The notes below the pieces were generated by a model that did no database searches, was not told where the DNA came from, and saw nothing but the letters and a program-made list of their open reading frames with translations. The translations under genes and the position numbers were made by a program. A stretch of DNA of 21,785 nucleotides from assembly GCA_965233585.1 (NCBI GenBank), contig CBDDTI010000282.1:1-21785 (forward strand), given 5' to 3'. The DNA comes from a bacterium. Lineage in GTDB: Bacteria > SAR324 > NAC60-12. This document shows, one piece after another, positions 10,781-21,761 of the stretch (within the stretch, counting starts at the first letter, position 1; each line of letters opens with the position of its first letter).

Positions 10781-11265
10781 AGCATCGAAGTTATGAGCAC
10801 AAGTTAGACAGTTACACAAATAAAGCCTAAGAATATCTATCAAGCATGAACGACATTCCCACCCGAAGCCTCTGAGCTCCCGGTTGAGGGAATCTATTGA
10901 AGTGTATATTACATGAAAAATAATTTCTACTTCTTTGAAGGGCCTTTCAAAATACAGAAGAATGGCGCTTTCTTTTTGAAATATCTTTTTTCGTTTTAGA
11001 GATATTGACGTTTTTCTATTATGCAAATTAGATCAGTGATGATGTCATACTAGTGCAACTGAAAAAAGCACTGAAAAGTGGTTAAAGACTGAATAAACGA
11101 CACCATCATTGATCTAATTTGCATGATACAAAAACGTCAATATCTCTAAAACGAAAAAAGATATTTCAAAAAGAAAAATGCCATTCTTTATTTCGAAAGG
11201 CCTTTCAAATAGGCAGAAATAATTTTTCATGTCAAAAACACTTTAACTGAGCTATCAAGCCCACA
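10781..11265 (-). repeat. Old diverged copy of the tRNA-containing repeat, split by a MITE
   Basis: Removing 10901-11242 joins GCCTCTGAGCTCCCGGTTGAGGGAATCTA-TTAA-CTGAGCTATCAAGCC. This aligns to the reverse complement of 12939-13011, with AACTGAGCTATSAAGCC matching at 16 of 17 positions. Confidence 0.6.
10901..11242. mobile_element. Kolobok-like foldback MITE (TTAA target)
   Basis: Ends are AGTG...CACT, flanked by TTGA (10897-10900) and TTAA (11243-11246). The inverted arms are ~140 bp, e.g. TTTTTGAAATATCTTTTTTCGTTTTAGAGATATTGACGTTTTT / AAAAACGTCAATATCTCTAAAACGAAAAAAGATATTTCAAAAA. Confidence 0.85.
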
Positions 11266-11331
11266 TCAAGTCGTGTAAGTCCATATTATACTGGTACGTG
11301 GTCAATATATGCCGGTGAATACTTAAAAAAT

Positions 11332-12250
11332 CTTATTTTTTTCCAAGAGGGCACGGTAACGAATCCTGCAGTCTGATTGGTTCTTAGCGCGGTCCGGATT
11401 TTCCTATCTCTGACCACGGTCAAGGTAACGGCAGGAAACAGCGCGGGTGAAATTGTCATGTTCTGCAAGTTTTCGTGAATGAACTAGCGGTGATCGTCGA
11501 TCTTTTCCCTTTTTACACTTCCATGGACGATTAATCAACGGAAGTTTACCTTTGTTCACTTTTAAATAGCAAGGGAGGCCACTGTAAGTAGATTCAATTA
11601 AGTATTTTGTAGCACTGAGAGTTTGTGTGGTTGTTTGTAGCTCGGCGTTGTAATGGCGCATAATTGTGTTTTTCACCGGACAGTGTTAAGCAAAAAGAAG
11701 TCAAATGCAGTCGAGTTTAGCCTCTCTGATAGTTGCTGTATTTATTAAGAGAAATTCTGTAGAATACACTTAACGAATTTCCTCGCTTTCTGCTTGTCAA
11801 TTTACGGTAAAACGGTCTGATTTCGAGTGATTGGCAACGACTGATAGAAATTGTGCTTGTAGTGCAACTTCAGCCAAACTTTGCGCAAAATTTCACTATC
11901 GGAAAAACACTTTTGGAGAACTTAACTGGTGAAATACATGCAACTAACATAAAGCAATTCAAAATAAATCTGTTCTTTAATACATCTTTCTTTGAGTAGT
12001 GTCTGAGTTTACTCGCTCGTTCGTTCGTTAGATTTTTTACGATGGTTTGTAGACGGCACGTAAACCAATTCAATAACACAGTTGTGTAAATCCAATTGTA
12101 AGCCAAATTATCGCAGGAAAAAAATAAATAAGTTATTTGCCGGCTTAGGATCGGTTCGTATAGTGAAAAACTGTGACCTCGGGCTTGAAAATGCTGGAGA
12201 CCTCAGTCACAGTTTTTCACTATACGGACCTCCCAGCCGGCAAATAACAT
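11332..12250. mobile_element. Non-autonomous element with a terminal long palindrome (Crypton-like architecture, tentative)
   Basis: Palindrome 12132-12248 (GTTATTTGCCGGCT...TATAGTGAAAAACTGTGAC / GTCACAGTTTTTCACTATA...AGCCGGCAAATAAC). The distal TTATTTTTTTCC (~11333-11344) is inverted next to the palindrome (~12116-12127). CTGATTGG lies at 11373. Confidence 0.55.
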
Positions 12251-12723
12251 ATCTATTAACCAAGCACGAGGGCCGTACTGGGAGAATATCGGCCTGAGGT
12301 CTTGACGGTACGGACCGAGCGCAGCGAGGTCCGTACAAAAAAGACCAAGGGCTGATATTCTCCCAGCACGGTCCCGAGCAAGCTTGGTTAATAAGAGATT
12401 TATTACACGACTGAAATTGTTTAGAAGAAAAACCCAAATGATAGACTGCAAAGACACCATAAACTTCAAGCGCGCAATTTTTGTATAGAGCAAACTGTAC
12501 GTTTACTCACGTCTGACGTTTTCAAAAAGAAGAAAAACAAAGTTGGAAGAAAACAAAAATAACATTTTATGTGAAGTAAATACTTTAAGGAAAAAAAAAA
12601 GGAAGTGAAGAGTGATCATCATTGGGAGCGAGGTCAATTTATTGAGTTCGTATTTTCCCGTGCAGTGAAATGATGTGAAGTTTATATGAAATAATTCATA
12701 TTTGTACTGCGGTTTAGATGAAA

Positions 12724-12754
<31 letters not shown>

Positions 12755-12805
12755 TTAAGCAATTGGAAAGAAGAAAAAAAAAAAAATCAGGGCTTCAACG
12801 GGCTT

Positions 12806-12836
<31 letters not shown>

Positions 12837-12938
12837 CTACAACCGCAGTACAAATATGAATTATTTCATATAAACTTCACATCATTTCACTGCACGGGAA
12901 AATACGAACTCAATAAATTGACCTCGCTCCCAATGTGT

Positions 12939-13011
<73 letters not shown>

Positions 13012-13167
13012 TGATTTTTTTCAGGCTTTTTCTTTCCAATTGCGATGATCACTCTTCACTTTCATCTACAACCGCAGTACAAATATGAATTATTTCATAT
13101 AAACTTCACATCATTTCACTGCACGGGAAAATACGAACTCAATAAATTGACCTCGCTCCCAATGTGT

Positions 13168-13240
13168 GGCTTCATAGCTCAGTTGGTAGAGCATCGCACC
13201 GGTATCGCGGAGGTCACGGGTTCAAATCCCGTTGAAGCCC
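13168..13240 (+). tRNA. Second tRNA-Thr(GGT)-like copy in the tandem unit
   Basis: Identical to 12939-13011 except for the T loop TTCAAAT. It is followed by TTTATTTATTTTTTTTT. Confidence 0.6.
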
Positions 13241-13286
13241 TGATTTATTTATTTTTTTTTCAGGCTTCTTCTTTCCAATTACTTAA

Positions 13287-13324
<38 letters not shown>

Positions 13325-13513
13325 TCTACAACCGCAGTACAAATATGAATTATTTCATATAAACTTCACGAAAAAAAAAGGAGTAAAACTACGGGAAAAT
13401 CTTCGTGCGGGATAATTCGGGACAGTGCCCGGTCCAATACTTAGAGAATATTGGACCGGCAACGAAGCAATCTGATTGGCTGATTTTAGTTATTGGTCCT
13501 CTGAACTAACTTA

Positions 13514-13755
<242 letters not shown>

Positions 13756-13877
13756 TTAGTCGTGTAATAAATATATATACTGCCCTTGGGATCAGTTCAC
13801 ATTTTTACTTGTAAAATACATATCCAAAATTGGATTTGGAGTACATTTCCTGAAGATTTTTGTATCTCTCTCGACAG

Positions 13878-14061
13878 AATGTTAATTGAATTCATAGAAG
13901 ACAAAAACGATTCGGAAGAAACATGGAGAGGATATGTATACGCAGCATCCATGTTTGTGTCAGCCATATTACAGTCGTTAGTCCTCCAACAGTATTTCCA
14001 CATAATGTTTACGCTTGGCATGAGAGTACGTTCCTCTATTATTGGGCTGCTTTATGAAAAG
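13878..14061 (+). CDS. ABCC1: ABCC (MRP1-like) exon, TMD1
   Basis: 184 bp, CTCTCTCGACAG|...GAAAAG|GTGAGA. MLIEFIEDKNDSEETWRGYVYAASMFVSAILQSLVLQQYFHIMFTLGMRVRSSIIGLLYEK matches MRP1 WQGYFY...[31 protein letters not shown]. Phase 2 to 0. Confidence 0.96.
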
Positions 14062-14456
14062 GTGAGATCCATGCTACACACTTTTGCTTTGATTTTTTGT
14101 CTAATACCGGACATAAAACTACAGTAATTAGCTTGAAAAATATTCCGGGGACTGTTGTCCATCTTCTTAATCAGAGGAATTCTCCTGTGTAACCTGTTAA
14201 TTGTAATGCACCGGGAAAGTCTAAATTACTTGTTATTCTGAATCCGGAGCAGTCTGCAAAATTAGCAAGTAATCATCCATGTTATTTAAAAGACCTTGGA
14301 CTTTGCAACGCTATAGAGCTTTTGTTCTAAAAACGAAACCTTGATTTTGTATGGTCTACTTGATAAGACCATTAGTTTTTCGTTCTTCCTTTCGCGAGTG
14401 GGCACGCAATGTGTCATTCAGAGTCGTCGCAAATTTCCGCGCTAAACAAAGAGCAT

Positions 14457-15435
14457 ACACCTTATTCACAAATGGCCGCCAACCTGGGACGAGCGCGCGG
14501 CCAAACATGGAATCGAGTCGTTTTGGGATAACATTTCAAGATCATCGAAGGAAACAAGTGAAACTATGTCTGTAGTGCTTTCGGAAAGCGATATTCCCGG
14601 TTCCTCTTTAAATGGAAGAAATCCATCGGAGCTTAAAAACGACGAGTTACGTTTTTGGCTTAAACGCCCTGATGATCCCGGCAAAGGTTTACGCACAAAA
14701 GCCGAGTTTTTAAGCGGTAAGCTTGTATTTTACGTACTGTTCGATCGATGCATCCATTTGGCACAATAACCTTTGAAATTAATATACTCCTCTGTTTCTA
14801 GGCAGTAAGATAGCATTCTTCGATCGATATTTGCATTTGACACAATCAACCTGTAATACTCCTTTGCGTTTCTGAATAGAGTCGAAGAATACATCAATCA
14901 AGGAAAGGACGGTATTGTTGTTGATCCTGATCCAAATTCACTGTACACGAAACGAAAGCGGCATTTTTTCCAAGCGATTGCCCCAGCCATGATTTGGAAA
15001 ATTCACCGTTTGCTCCGAACTTGAAGCGACAGCAGAACTACTAGAACTAGTTAGTAATACGTAATTTTGCCCAGTAGTATCACTCTGCTTGGCAAGTTTT
15101 CGTTTCGTGTACAGGTTATTGCGTCAAAGGTTATTGTGTCAAATGGATGCATCGATCGAACAATACGAGCTTACCGCTTAAAAACTCGGCTTTTGTGCGT
15201 AAACCTTTGGCGGGATCATCAGGGCATTTAAGCCAAAAGCGTTATTCGTCGTTTTTAAGCTCCGATGGATTTCTTCCATTTCAAGAGGAACCGGGAATAT
15301 CGCTTTCCGAAAGCACTACAGACATTAGTTTCACTTGTTTCCTTCGATGATCTTGAAATGTTATCCCAAAACGACTCGATTCCATGTTTGGCTGCGCGCT
15401 CGTCCCAGGTTGGCGGCCATTTGTGAATAAGGTGT
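14457..15435. mobile_element. ISL2EU-like foldback element built from two copies of the same end
   Basis: Inverted arms of ~320 bp at 14453-14776 and 15124-15439. Termini are ACACCTTATTCACAAATGGCCGCC, flanked by AT (14455-14456 and 15436-15437). The arms carry the start of a spliced ORF. Confidence 0.8.
14566..14961 (+). pseudogene. Transposon ORF N-terminus with a SAP-like motif (two exons, frameshifted)
   Basis: MSVVLSESDIPGSSLNGRNPSELKNDELRFWLKRPDDPGKGLRTKAE, then donor GTAAGC at 14717 and acceptor TTTCTGAATAG ending at 14879, then VEEYINQGKDGIVVDPDPNSLYTKRKR. It resembles recalled N-termini of YqaJ-exonuclease ORFs of ISL2EU-type elements. Confidence 0.6.
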
Positions 15436-15479
15436 ATGCCCGGGGCGTAGGGACGTAACAGACGGCTTAATCAAAGGAG

Positions 15480-16160
15480 GTGCTTACTTGTTCGCACATA
15501 ATGCTGCAAAATATCCTTGTAGTCCACGAGGGGGTAAACTAAGCGAAGAAGATAGTTTTCGAAAGTATCTTGTCGGCAACTGTAGCGAATATTCCAATTC
15601 GTACTTTTTGTTTTAGAAGAGCTCCAAAGTTGCCCAAATAAGGCCTTGTTAGTAACCTTGGAAAGGGATGCATGTCCTCCATCCAATGAACGGTCGAACG
15701 GTGCATGGCAGTTGGTGATAGATGATGATAGCTGTAGCATGCGCTTCCGTTTGACAACCAACTAACATGCACTATATCATAAACATTCACTTTGAGCTTG
15801 TTCATATTCTACATGATAGTCGAAGGCATTTTTACCGTTTTACTTCGCATATAGTGGTCCATGAAAGTTGATGATAGTAGGCGTAGGATCAGTTGTCATT
15901 GGAAAATCATGTGCCATTTGACCACGGCCTGATAATTTATCGATCCTCCTTTACTTGACAGCTCGTAGATAACAAATTGTGGCGTAAGAAAAAAACTCTT
16001 TTTGAAGGAGAGAGATTTTTGTCCGTTGGAAACTCCAACGTAGTCTCCCAGGCATTTTGTAAAAACCAGACAATGTGCCTTGTGGTCACGTGCAAATTTT
16101 GAACATTTGCTCACGTCACGTGATTTACCGCCAAACCGAGGACGAGGAAGTACTAGGCTG
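15480..16160 (-). mobile_element. Heavily decayed Academ-like element with a RecQ-like helicase remnant (tentative)
   Basis: The minus-strand terminus is CAGCCTAGTAC at 16160. Collinear fragments in shifting frames read FPT/KSLSF, PTII, VYDIVHVSW and NIRYSC, resembling RecQ PTGxGKSL, IIVVSPL, VVDEAH..W and RPNIRY. Confidence 0.35.
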
Positions 16161-16570
16161 ACTGGGCGTTACAATTTCAGCCAACTAGAGACAAACAATG
16201 AAGCAAATACACGAGCCAACGACCCAAGAAAAGAACAAAAGATCTAATGATAGACAGAACGATCAAACAATAGCGGGCAAGAGAGCGAACGCGAGCGAGC
16301 TGAGCTAGCGAGTAAGAGAACCTGCAGTCAAACAACCGACCGACTACCAACAAGCAAATATTTTAATTTAAACCCACGCCAGATGTTAAAAGCATTTTCA
16401 TTTACGAGTTCCAGAGCTTGTTGAGGGTAAATTTACCATTCGGCCATTTAATAGTAAAGGACGAGTCAATATCGTGAATCTTATCGGGCAGAACTTGCAT
16501 GAAGTCAATATTGTTTGCTACGGTTGGCTACTTTTACTTCAGCTCAACGACCTTCTTTTTGTCAGTTTTG

Positions 16571-16879
16571 TTTCAAAATTAAGCAATACAGCACTTTTCC
16601 CGTGTTTACATAGCCTCGTTAAAACACGAGGAGTATTGGGGGAATTCGAGACAGTTGTGCAAACCCGAGACGTATTCGTAGTCGGGGGTTTACATAACTT
16701 TCGAGAATTCTCCCGTTCTCCGAGTGTTAAGATGAGGCTCTGTGAACACGGAAAAAGTGCTCTATTGCTTAATTTTGAAATAATTGTTAAAAGTACGCGT
16801 AAATCTGAAACGTCACACTCTCATCGAAACACAGCTGTCGACCAATGAGCGCGCGCGTAGTGGCTCAGTTATTTTAAAA
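16571..16879. mobile_element. Third palindrome-headed non-autonomous element
   Basis: 210-bp palindrome at 16571-16780 (TTTCAAAATTAAGCAATACAGCACTTTTCCCGTGTT / AACACGGAAAAAGTGCTCTATTGCTTAATTTTGAAA). The tail contains CCAATGAGCGCGCG and ends GTTATTTTAAAA, an inverted match to the palindrome edge. Confidence 0.7.
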
Positions 16880-17688
16880 CTAAAATAGTAAACTTAAAGC
16901 AATCAGGCATGTAGAAGACGTTATTGTACTCGTTCCGAATAACACACATTTCCCCCTGCTTGCTGTCATTTCTAATAGCTTGGTGTGCGTCACAACATAA
17001 TTTATTTTAAAACCAAAAATTATTATATTGTACACTTGATTATGCTTTGATGCACTATTTTTTAAGCAGCAGTAGTCGCGTTGTAATTTACTTCACTGTT
17101 TGATTAATATTTTTTTACTTCAACAATGTTATTCATTTTGAATAATAAAAACGTTCCATCCAGGAACAATAAAAAGGCTTCAAGGGACGGAAAGTTAATT
17201 TCCGTAGAAATCAATTAAGAACACAGCATATTCGCAGGTGCTTTAATTTAAATATGAAAAGGAGATTTCTAAACTCCGAATTTTTAGTTGTTTGAAACTA
17301 AAAAAACACACCCTGTTAGTAAGCACTTATTTCACATGAATCGATATTTCGATCACCATATCGCTGATCAGTATATGCCAACAAACCGTATCGCAATTAG
17401 CAGGCACTGCATTGTAACAAGTCAATGGCAAAATAGCTCGATGATTAAGAAAAAAATCCATCTAAACCATTGGAAATTTTCATTTCTCGCGGAAATTGCA
17501 TTTCTTGTGTCAGCTATCCATTTGGACCATCCAATAAGCACCGTCTCTGAGTGTTGATTTAGTGAGAGAAAGAACGCTTCGATAGAAGGAGAAAAATGCA
17601 TTTACATGCCACATACTGAAGCATTTACCAACGCAAAAGCAAGTGATCGATAACTAAAGCTGAAAAGAAAGAACCTTATCCGTTAAAG

Positions 17689-20238
17689 ATGCAGAATTAC
17701 AAATTTTTCTTTCTCTTTTGCTGGCTTGCATTCTACGCTTCTGTACAGGCACCATATAGGGACGGAGATGTTATTTTAGGTGGAGAATTACCTGTCCATT
17801 TGCCGGGATCGTCTGAGGAAGAATGCGGTGAGATTTCGATGTCAGGCTTAGCTCGCGCACTGGCCATAATATACGCCATTGAAAAGATCAACAATGACTC
17901 AACACTACTTCCAAACATCACCCTCGGTTATGATATACGTGATTACTGCGAATGTTTACCGAGGGCAACTCAAATAGCTTTCGACTTTGTTAAAAACAAC
18001 TGCAGCACAAACGTAACACAGAGTGACATGAAGAAGAAGAAGAAATCTATCGTGGCCGTCATCGGTCCAACAGAATCCCGCACGGCAATAGCTGTTGCTG
18101 GGATTCTACAAACATTGAATGCTTCAGGGATAACTCCGTCAGCGACGAGTGCTGAACTACGTTCACATGATTATAAACATTTGTTTCGAATGGCCCCCTC
18201 AGATAGTTTTCGCGCAAAAGCTATGGCTGACCTTGTCGAGTACTTCAATTGGACTTATGTGGCCGCTGTGGGACAAGATGATTCGTTTGGACGAAATGGA
18301 GTGTGGTCAACAGTGAAGGAAGCTGCAGTTAGAAACAACTCTTTCTGCGTGGCTTTCACAGAATTTATACCAGGTGAAAGTCAGTTCACGAGTATTAGGA
18401 ACATTGTCACAAGACTTCGACGGCATGAAAATATCCGAGTTGTCATTTTGTGGCTATACGGAAGCTATGAAAAGTACTTTTTGAATGAAGTGATCGGGCA
18501 AAACCTCACTGGACGCGTCTGGATCCTAAGCGACGCATTCACCTCGCTGGCACAGCCAGGCGCTTCAACCCTTGTTGGATCCATTGGAATCCAACCTCAC
18601 AATTTCTACGACACCCTATTTGAAGAACACCGAAAAGGCTTGACTATGACGGCAATTCAGCAGTACTTTCCGGAATGGTGGGGCAAGATTAGAACGCAGA
18701 TAAAAAATTGCACCTCAAGTAAGGGTGTTGAAATGAAAATGGAAACCTGCTTCCTTGATTTCGTCCAAAACTTGCGCATTTCTTACTCTCCTTACGTCAT
18801 TGACGCTGTCTATTCTGTAGCCCATGCTTTGGCCATCTTTGCTCAAGATTTTAACATTACATCAGGTGACGATTACTTAACTAAAATTAACAGTGACGTT
18901 AATGTCATGCAAAGGTTTCTTTCTAGGGTCAATTTTGTTGGACTTACAGGAAATATAACTTTCAATGAGCTTAGCGGTAGAGGATCAGCCCTTTACGATA
19001 TTGTTAATATCCAACAAGTGCAAGAAGCAAATACAAAGCGATTAAAAGAAGTCGCAGTCGGAAAATGGGAAGAAAGCGCGGAGCAAGACAAACGGTTAAC
19101 GTTTTTCAAGGAAATTCTCTGGAACACTCTAACTGGTGGACCTCCGAAATCTGAATGCGTTGACAAATGCTTGGCTGGAACCAGAAAATCCATAACTTCG
19201 CCTTGTTGTTGGCAGTGTGTCTCGTGTCCTCGAGGCACAATTAACCCAATTCCTGGTTCGGAAAGTTGCACCGAATGCCCAGCTTGGAAGCAATCCAATG
19301 ATGCTAAGACAGAGTGCTTAGATTTACCGGTGGCCAACTTGAAGTTTACCAGTCCAGGAGGAATCGTCATTCTTGTATTTACTGTCTCTGGTATAATCTT
19401 AACCTTTTTGTCATTCGCTGTCACTTGTAAATTCTGGAATACACCCATTGTGAAAGCGTCCAATCGACAGTTTACCCTTGTCCTTCTGATGAGCATTCTA
19501 TTGCTTTTAATTTTGGTGCTTCTCAATCTTTTTGAACCTACAGATACAATTTGTAAGATAATTTACCCATGGCGCTACATAACGTACAGCTTGTGTCTAT
19601 CATTCCTGTTGGTCAAAATCATGCGCATTTCCAGCGCTTTTCAAGTTCCCTTAGCGCGGTGTTTTGTGATACATTCTCTCACCAACAGAATGCAAGGGGT
19701 GATTATCATCACTATGCACATTCTGCTTGTCTTTGTGTTACTATCCTGGCTGCTTCTGGATCCACCTAGTAAAAGGAAACACATACTAAGGGAACATTAT
19801 ATTTTTATCGAGTGTCACGCATATAATTTCGCTGTTGGTAAAACCCTTTTCCTACTAACGTGTTCATATCTTCTCTTTCAAGCGCTTTTTTCCGCACTTT
19901 GTTCCTTTAAGATAAGGAACATCCCGGAAAACTTCAGCGAGGCAAAACGAATAGCATTTTCGATGTACATATTTTTGTTTTCAGTGCTAGCCTATCATCC
20001 TGTAGAGTTCTCAATTGATGGATGGTACGTGACTGTTGTGGACTGTGTTACAACACTGTTGAGTGCTTATGGCTTCATCTGTTGCATATTATTACCCAAA
20101 ATATATGTCATTCTCTTCAAGCCAGAGTTAAATACATTAGCTAGCGTACGCCAAGAATTAACTCAGTTCTCGTTCGGATCAAATTCTCTGCATGTGAATC
20201 CCACATTTGACAGTCCCGTACAGTATGGCCAAACCTAA
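17689..20238 (+). CDS. Intronless class C GPCR, extracellular calcium-sensing receptor-like (VFT, nine-Cys domain, 7TM), 849 aa
   Basis: Signal peptide, then VFT motifs GDVILGG, LLPNITLGYDIRDYC, VAVIGP, FRMAPSD, YFNWTYVA and DAVYSVAHAL. A nine-Cys domain PKSEC...CCWQCVSC...CTEC...EC follows. The 7TM region has NTPIVKAS, IPENFSEAKRIAFSM and PKIYVILFKPELN. The ORF is uninterrupted. Confidence 0.97.
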   Translation: MQNYKFFFLFCWLAFYASVQAPYRDGDVILGGELPVHLPGSSEEECGEISMSGLARALAIIYAIEKINNDSTLLPNITLGYDIRDYCECLPRATQIAFDFVKNNCSTNVTQSDMKKKKKSIVAVIGPTESRTAIAVAGILQTLNASGITPSATSAELRSHDYKHLFRMAPSDSFRAKAMADLVEYFNWTYVAAVGQDDSFGRNGVWSTVKEAAVRNNSFCVAFTEFIPGESQFTSIRNIVTRLRRHENIRVVILWLYGSYEKYFLNEVIGQNLTGRVWILSDAFTSLAQPGASTLVGSIGIQPHNFYDTLFEEHRKGLTMTAIQQYFPEWWGKIRTQIKNCTSSKGVEMKMETCFLDFVQNLRISYSPYVIDAVYSVAHALAIFAQDFNITSGDDYLTKINSDVNVMQRFLSRVNFVGLTGNITFNELSGRGSALYDIVNIQQVQEANTKRLKEVAVGKWEESAEQDKRLTFFKEILWNTLTGGPPKSECVDKCLAGTRKSITSPCCWQCVSCPRGTINPIPGSESCTECPAWKQSNDAKTECLDLPVANLKFTSPGGIVILVFTVSGIILTFLSFAVTCKFWNTPIVKASNRQFTLVLLMSILLLLILVLLNLFEPTDTICKIIYPWRYITYSLCLSFLLVKIMRISSAFQVPLARCFVIHSLTNRMQGVIIITMHILLVFVLLSWLLLDPPSKRKHILREHYIFIECHAYNFAVGKTLFLLTCSYLLFQALFSALCSFKIRNIPENFSEAKRIAFSMYIFLFSVLAYHPVEFSIDGWYVTVVDCVTTLLSAYGFICCILLPKIYVILFKPELNTLASVRQELTQFSFGSNSLHVNPTFDSPVQYGQT

Positions 20239-20471
20239 GCATAGTTTTTCGTCCAAGCCCAAACCACTTGCCTCTTCTCAAGCCAACCAAAATAACATTA
20301 ACCATAATATTATAACTTGCTTTTAACGGTTTCATTCTGTACATATTTATAACTCTCGACGAAAACTAAAGTGTTATTTACTCGTCTAGTCTGCTTTATT
20401 TGTTGTTAGTTGCTTATTGCTCGAAATAACGTTGGAGTCTAATAATTATAAGTAGGTTAGCTAACAAATGG

Positions 20472-20477
20472 AATAAA
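20472..20477 (+). promoter_or_regulatory. Candidate polyadenylation signal of the GPCR gene
   Basis: First AATAAA seen after the stop codon (~230 nt downstream), followed by a GT-rich GGTTTGTG. Confidence 0.35.
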
Positions 20478-20905
20478 TTGGGAATGGTTTGTGCCGAAAG
20501 AAGAGGAAACTTTATCTTGCTGATGATGCTTGGCCCAAGGATTTTAAAGCAACAGAACTGTGAACTGGGAATGGCTCATTAAGTAAGTTATCATTTGATC
20601 GTCCCAGCTCTCGATCGATGGATAACTGAGAGATCCAGAGCTAGAGAAGTCCCGACGTTTGGAAGCAATGTATTCATCTGTTTAGAAGTTAGTCGACAAA
20701 TTATTGAGATTAAGCCAAAAGGAATTTTAATCAAAATTTTGATGGTATAATTAACTCTGGAATAGAAAAACATCGTCATGCATGTTATTAATGAGCCTGT
20801 CATTACTGTATTTTTATGGGCTAGATTTTGTTTAGAGCGATAGAGCTCAAAACGCCCTGAAACACCAGTTCTGTGTTCATCATTTAGGAGTGCGGTTTAA
20901 ACAAT

Positions 20906-21339
20906 AGGCAATATTCGTATTCTCGGTATTGGATTGGAACTTCAATGGGCGACAAAAGTGTTGAGACACTTAGTAATAAAATTGAATTTTTGAGCATCTT
21001 GGTCACATTTTCCCCCTTCCCCCCAAAACAATGTTGATTTTACTATTTCTTCGACTGCGCAGACCACAGCGCCTACACAACATTGAATTGGGGGGCCGGG
21101 GGTATCGGAGAATTGACGCTAGAAGCAAATAAAATAGAACAAATGCTTAAGTATCGAAAAGTGTCATTTCCTAAAAGTGTCTCAACTACTTTTGTCGCCC
21201 ATTGTAGCTTGCAAGTGAGGTTAATGTGGGGAATCTTTTCAAATGCAAATAACATTGATCTCATTTTAATGATATTCCCCCACATGGACCTCCTTTCCAA
21301 GGCAGTTCCAGTTCAATATCTGGAACACGAATATGGTCT
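20906..21339. mobile_element. Degenerate palindromic MITE (ISL2EU-like, AT target) hosting a nested insertion
   Basis: Left AGGCAATATTCGTATTCTCGGTATTGGATTGGAAC is inverted at right GTTCCAGTTCAATATCTGGAACACGAATATGGTCT. The left arm resumes after 21206. Confidence 0.65.
20943..21204. mobile_element. Tc1/mariner-like MITE (TA target)
   Basis: ~30-bp TIRs CAATGGGCGACAAAAGT-GTTGAGACACTT and AAGTGTCTCAACTACTTTTGTCGCCCATTG. The right flank is TA and the left flank is TT (one mismatch). Confidence 0.8.
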
Positions 21340-21761
21340 ACTGCAGAGCTCCCAACTAACACTAAACGGCAGCAAGAACATTTAATTTATTTAACAACGA
21401 GAAAAAAAAGATCGTTCAGCTCGTATGGCAATTATAAACTTTCGATGGAGGTAACTGAAAGCAGCGGGGATTCTTGTTTTGGAAGTTTATATCTTATGTA
21501 AAAGAGAGGGAATTATTTTTGATCTACATATAATCTCCAGTTAGAACTTGTCTGGCAACATATAGTATGCTGTTGCAATTTCTCTTGGATGGGCAGAGAA
21601 GATAGAGCCAGGGCACTTACTATATGACTTACTTTAATTTTATTTAACCTATTTGGACACGCAACACCCAGGTCATTAATCCATAGTTTTTAATACAGTG
21701 TATAATGCAGCTGCCGTTTGAGTGTATTCAATAAGGTTGCCTTTTTTTCGTTAGTTTGCAG

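Noticed and set aside
13786..14127. 113-aa ORF as a standalone gene
   Set aside because: Only 13878-14061 is MRP-like and splice-bounded; the rest is intron read-through.
16440..16570. IVNLIG resembling the MRP GEIVNLMS motif of the next expected exon
   Set aside because: There is no phase-0 acceptor in that frame, the flanking residues do not match, and the ORF runs into a palindromic repeat.
18993..19526. 177-aa antisense ORF inside the GPCR
   Set aside because: It is a shadow of the sense coding sequence with no domain features.
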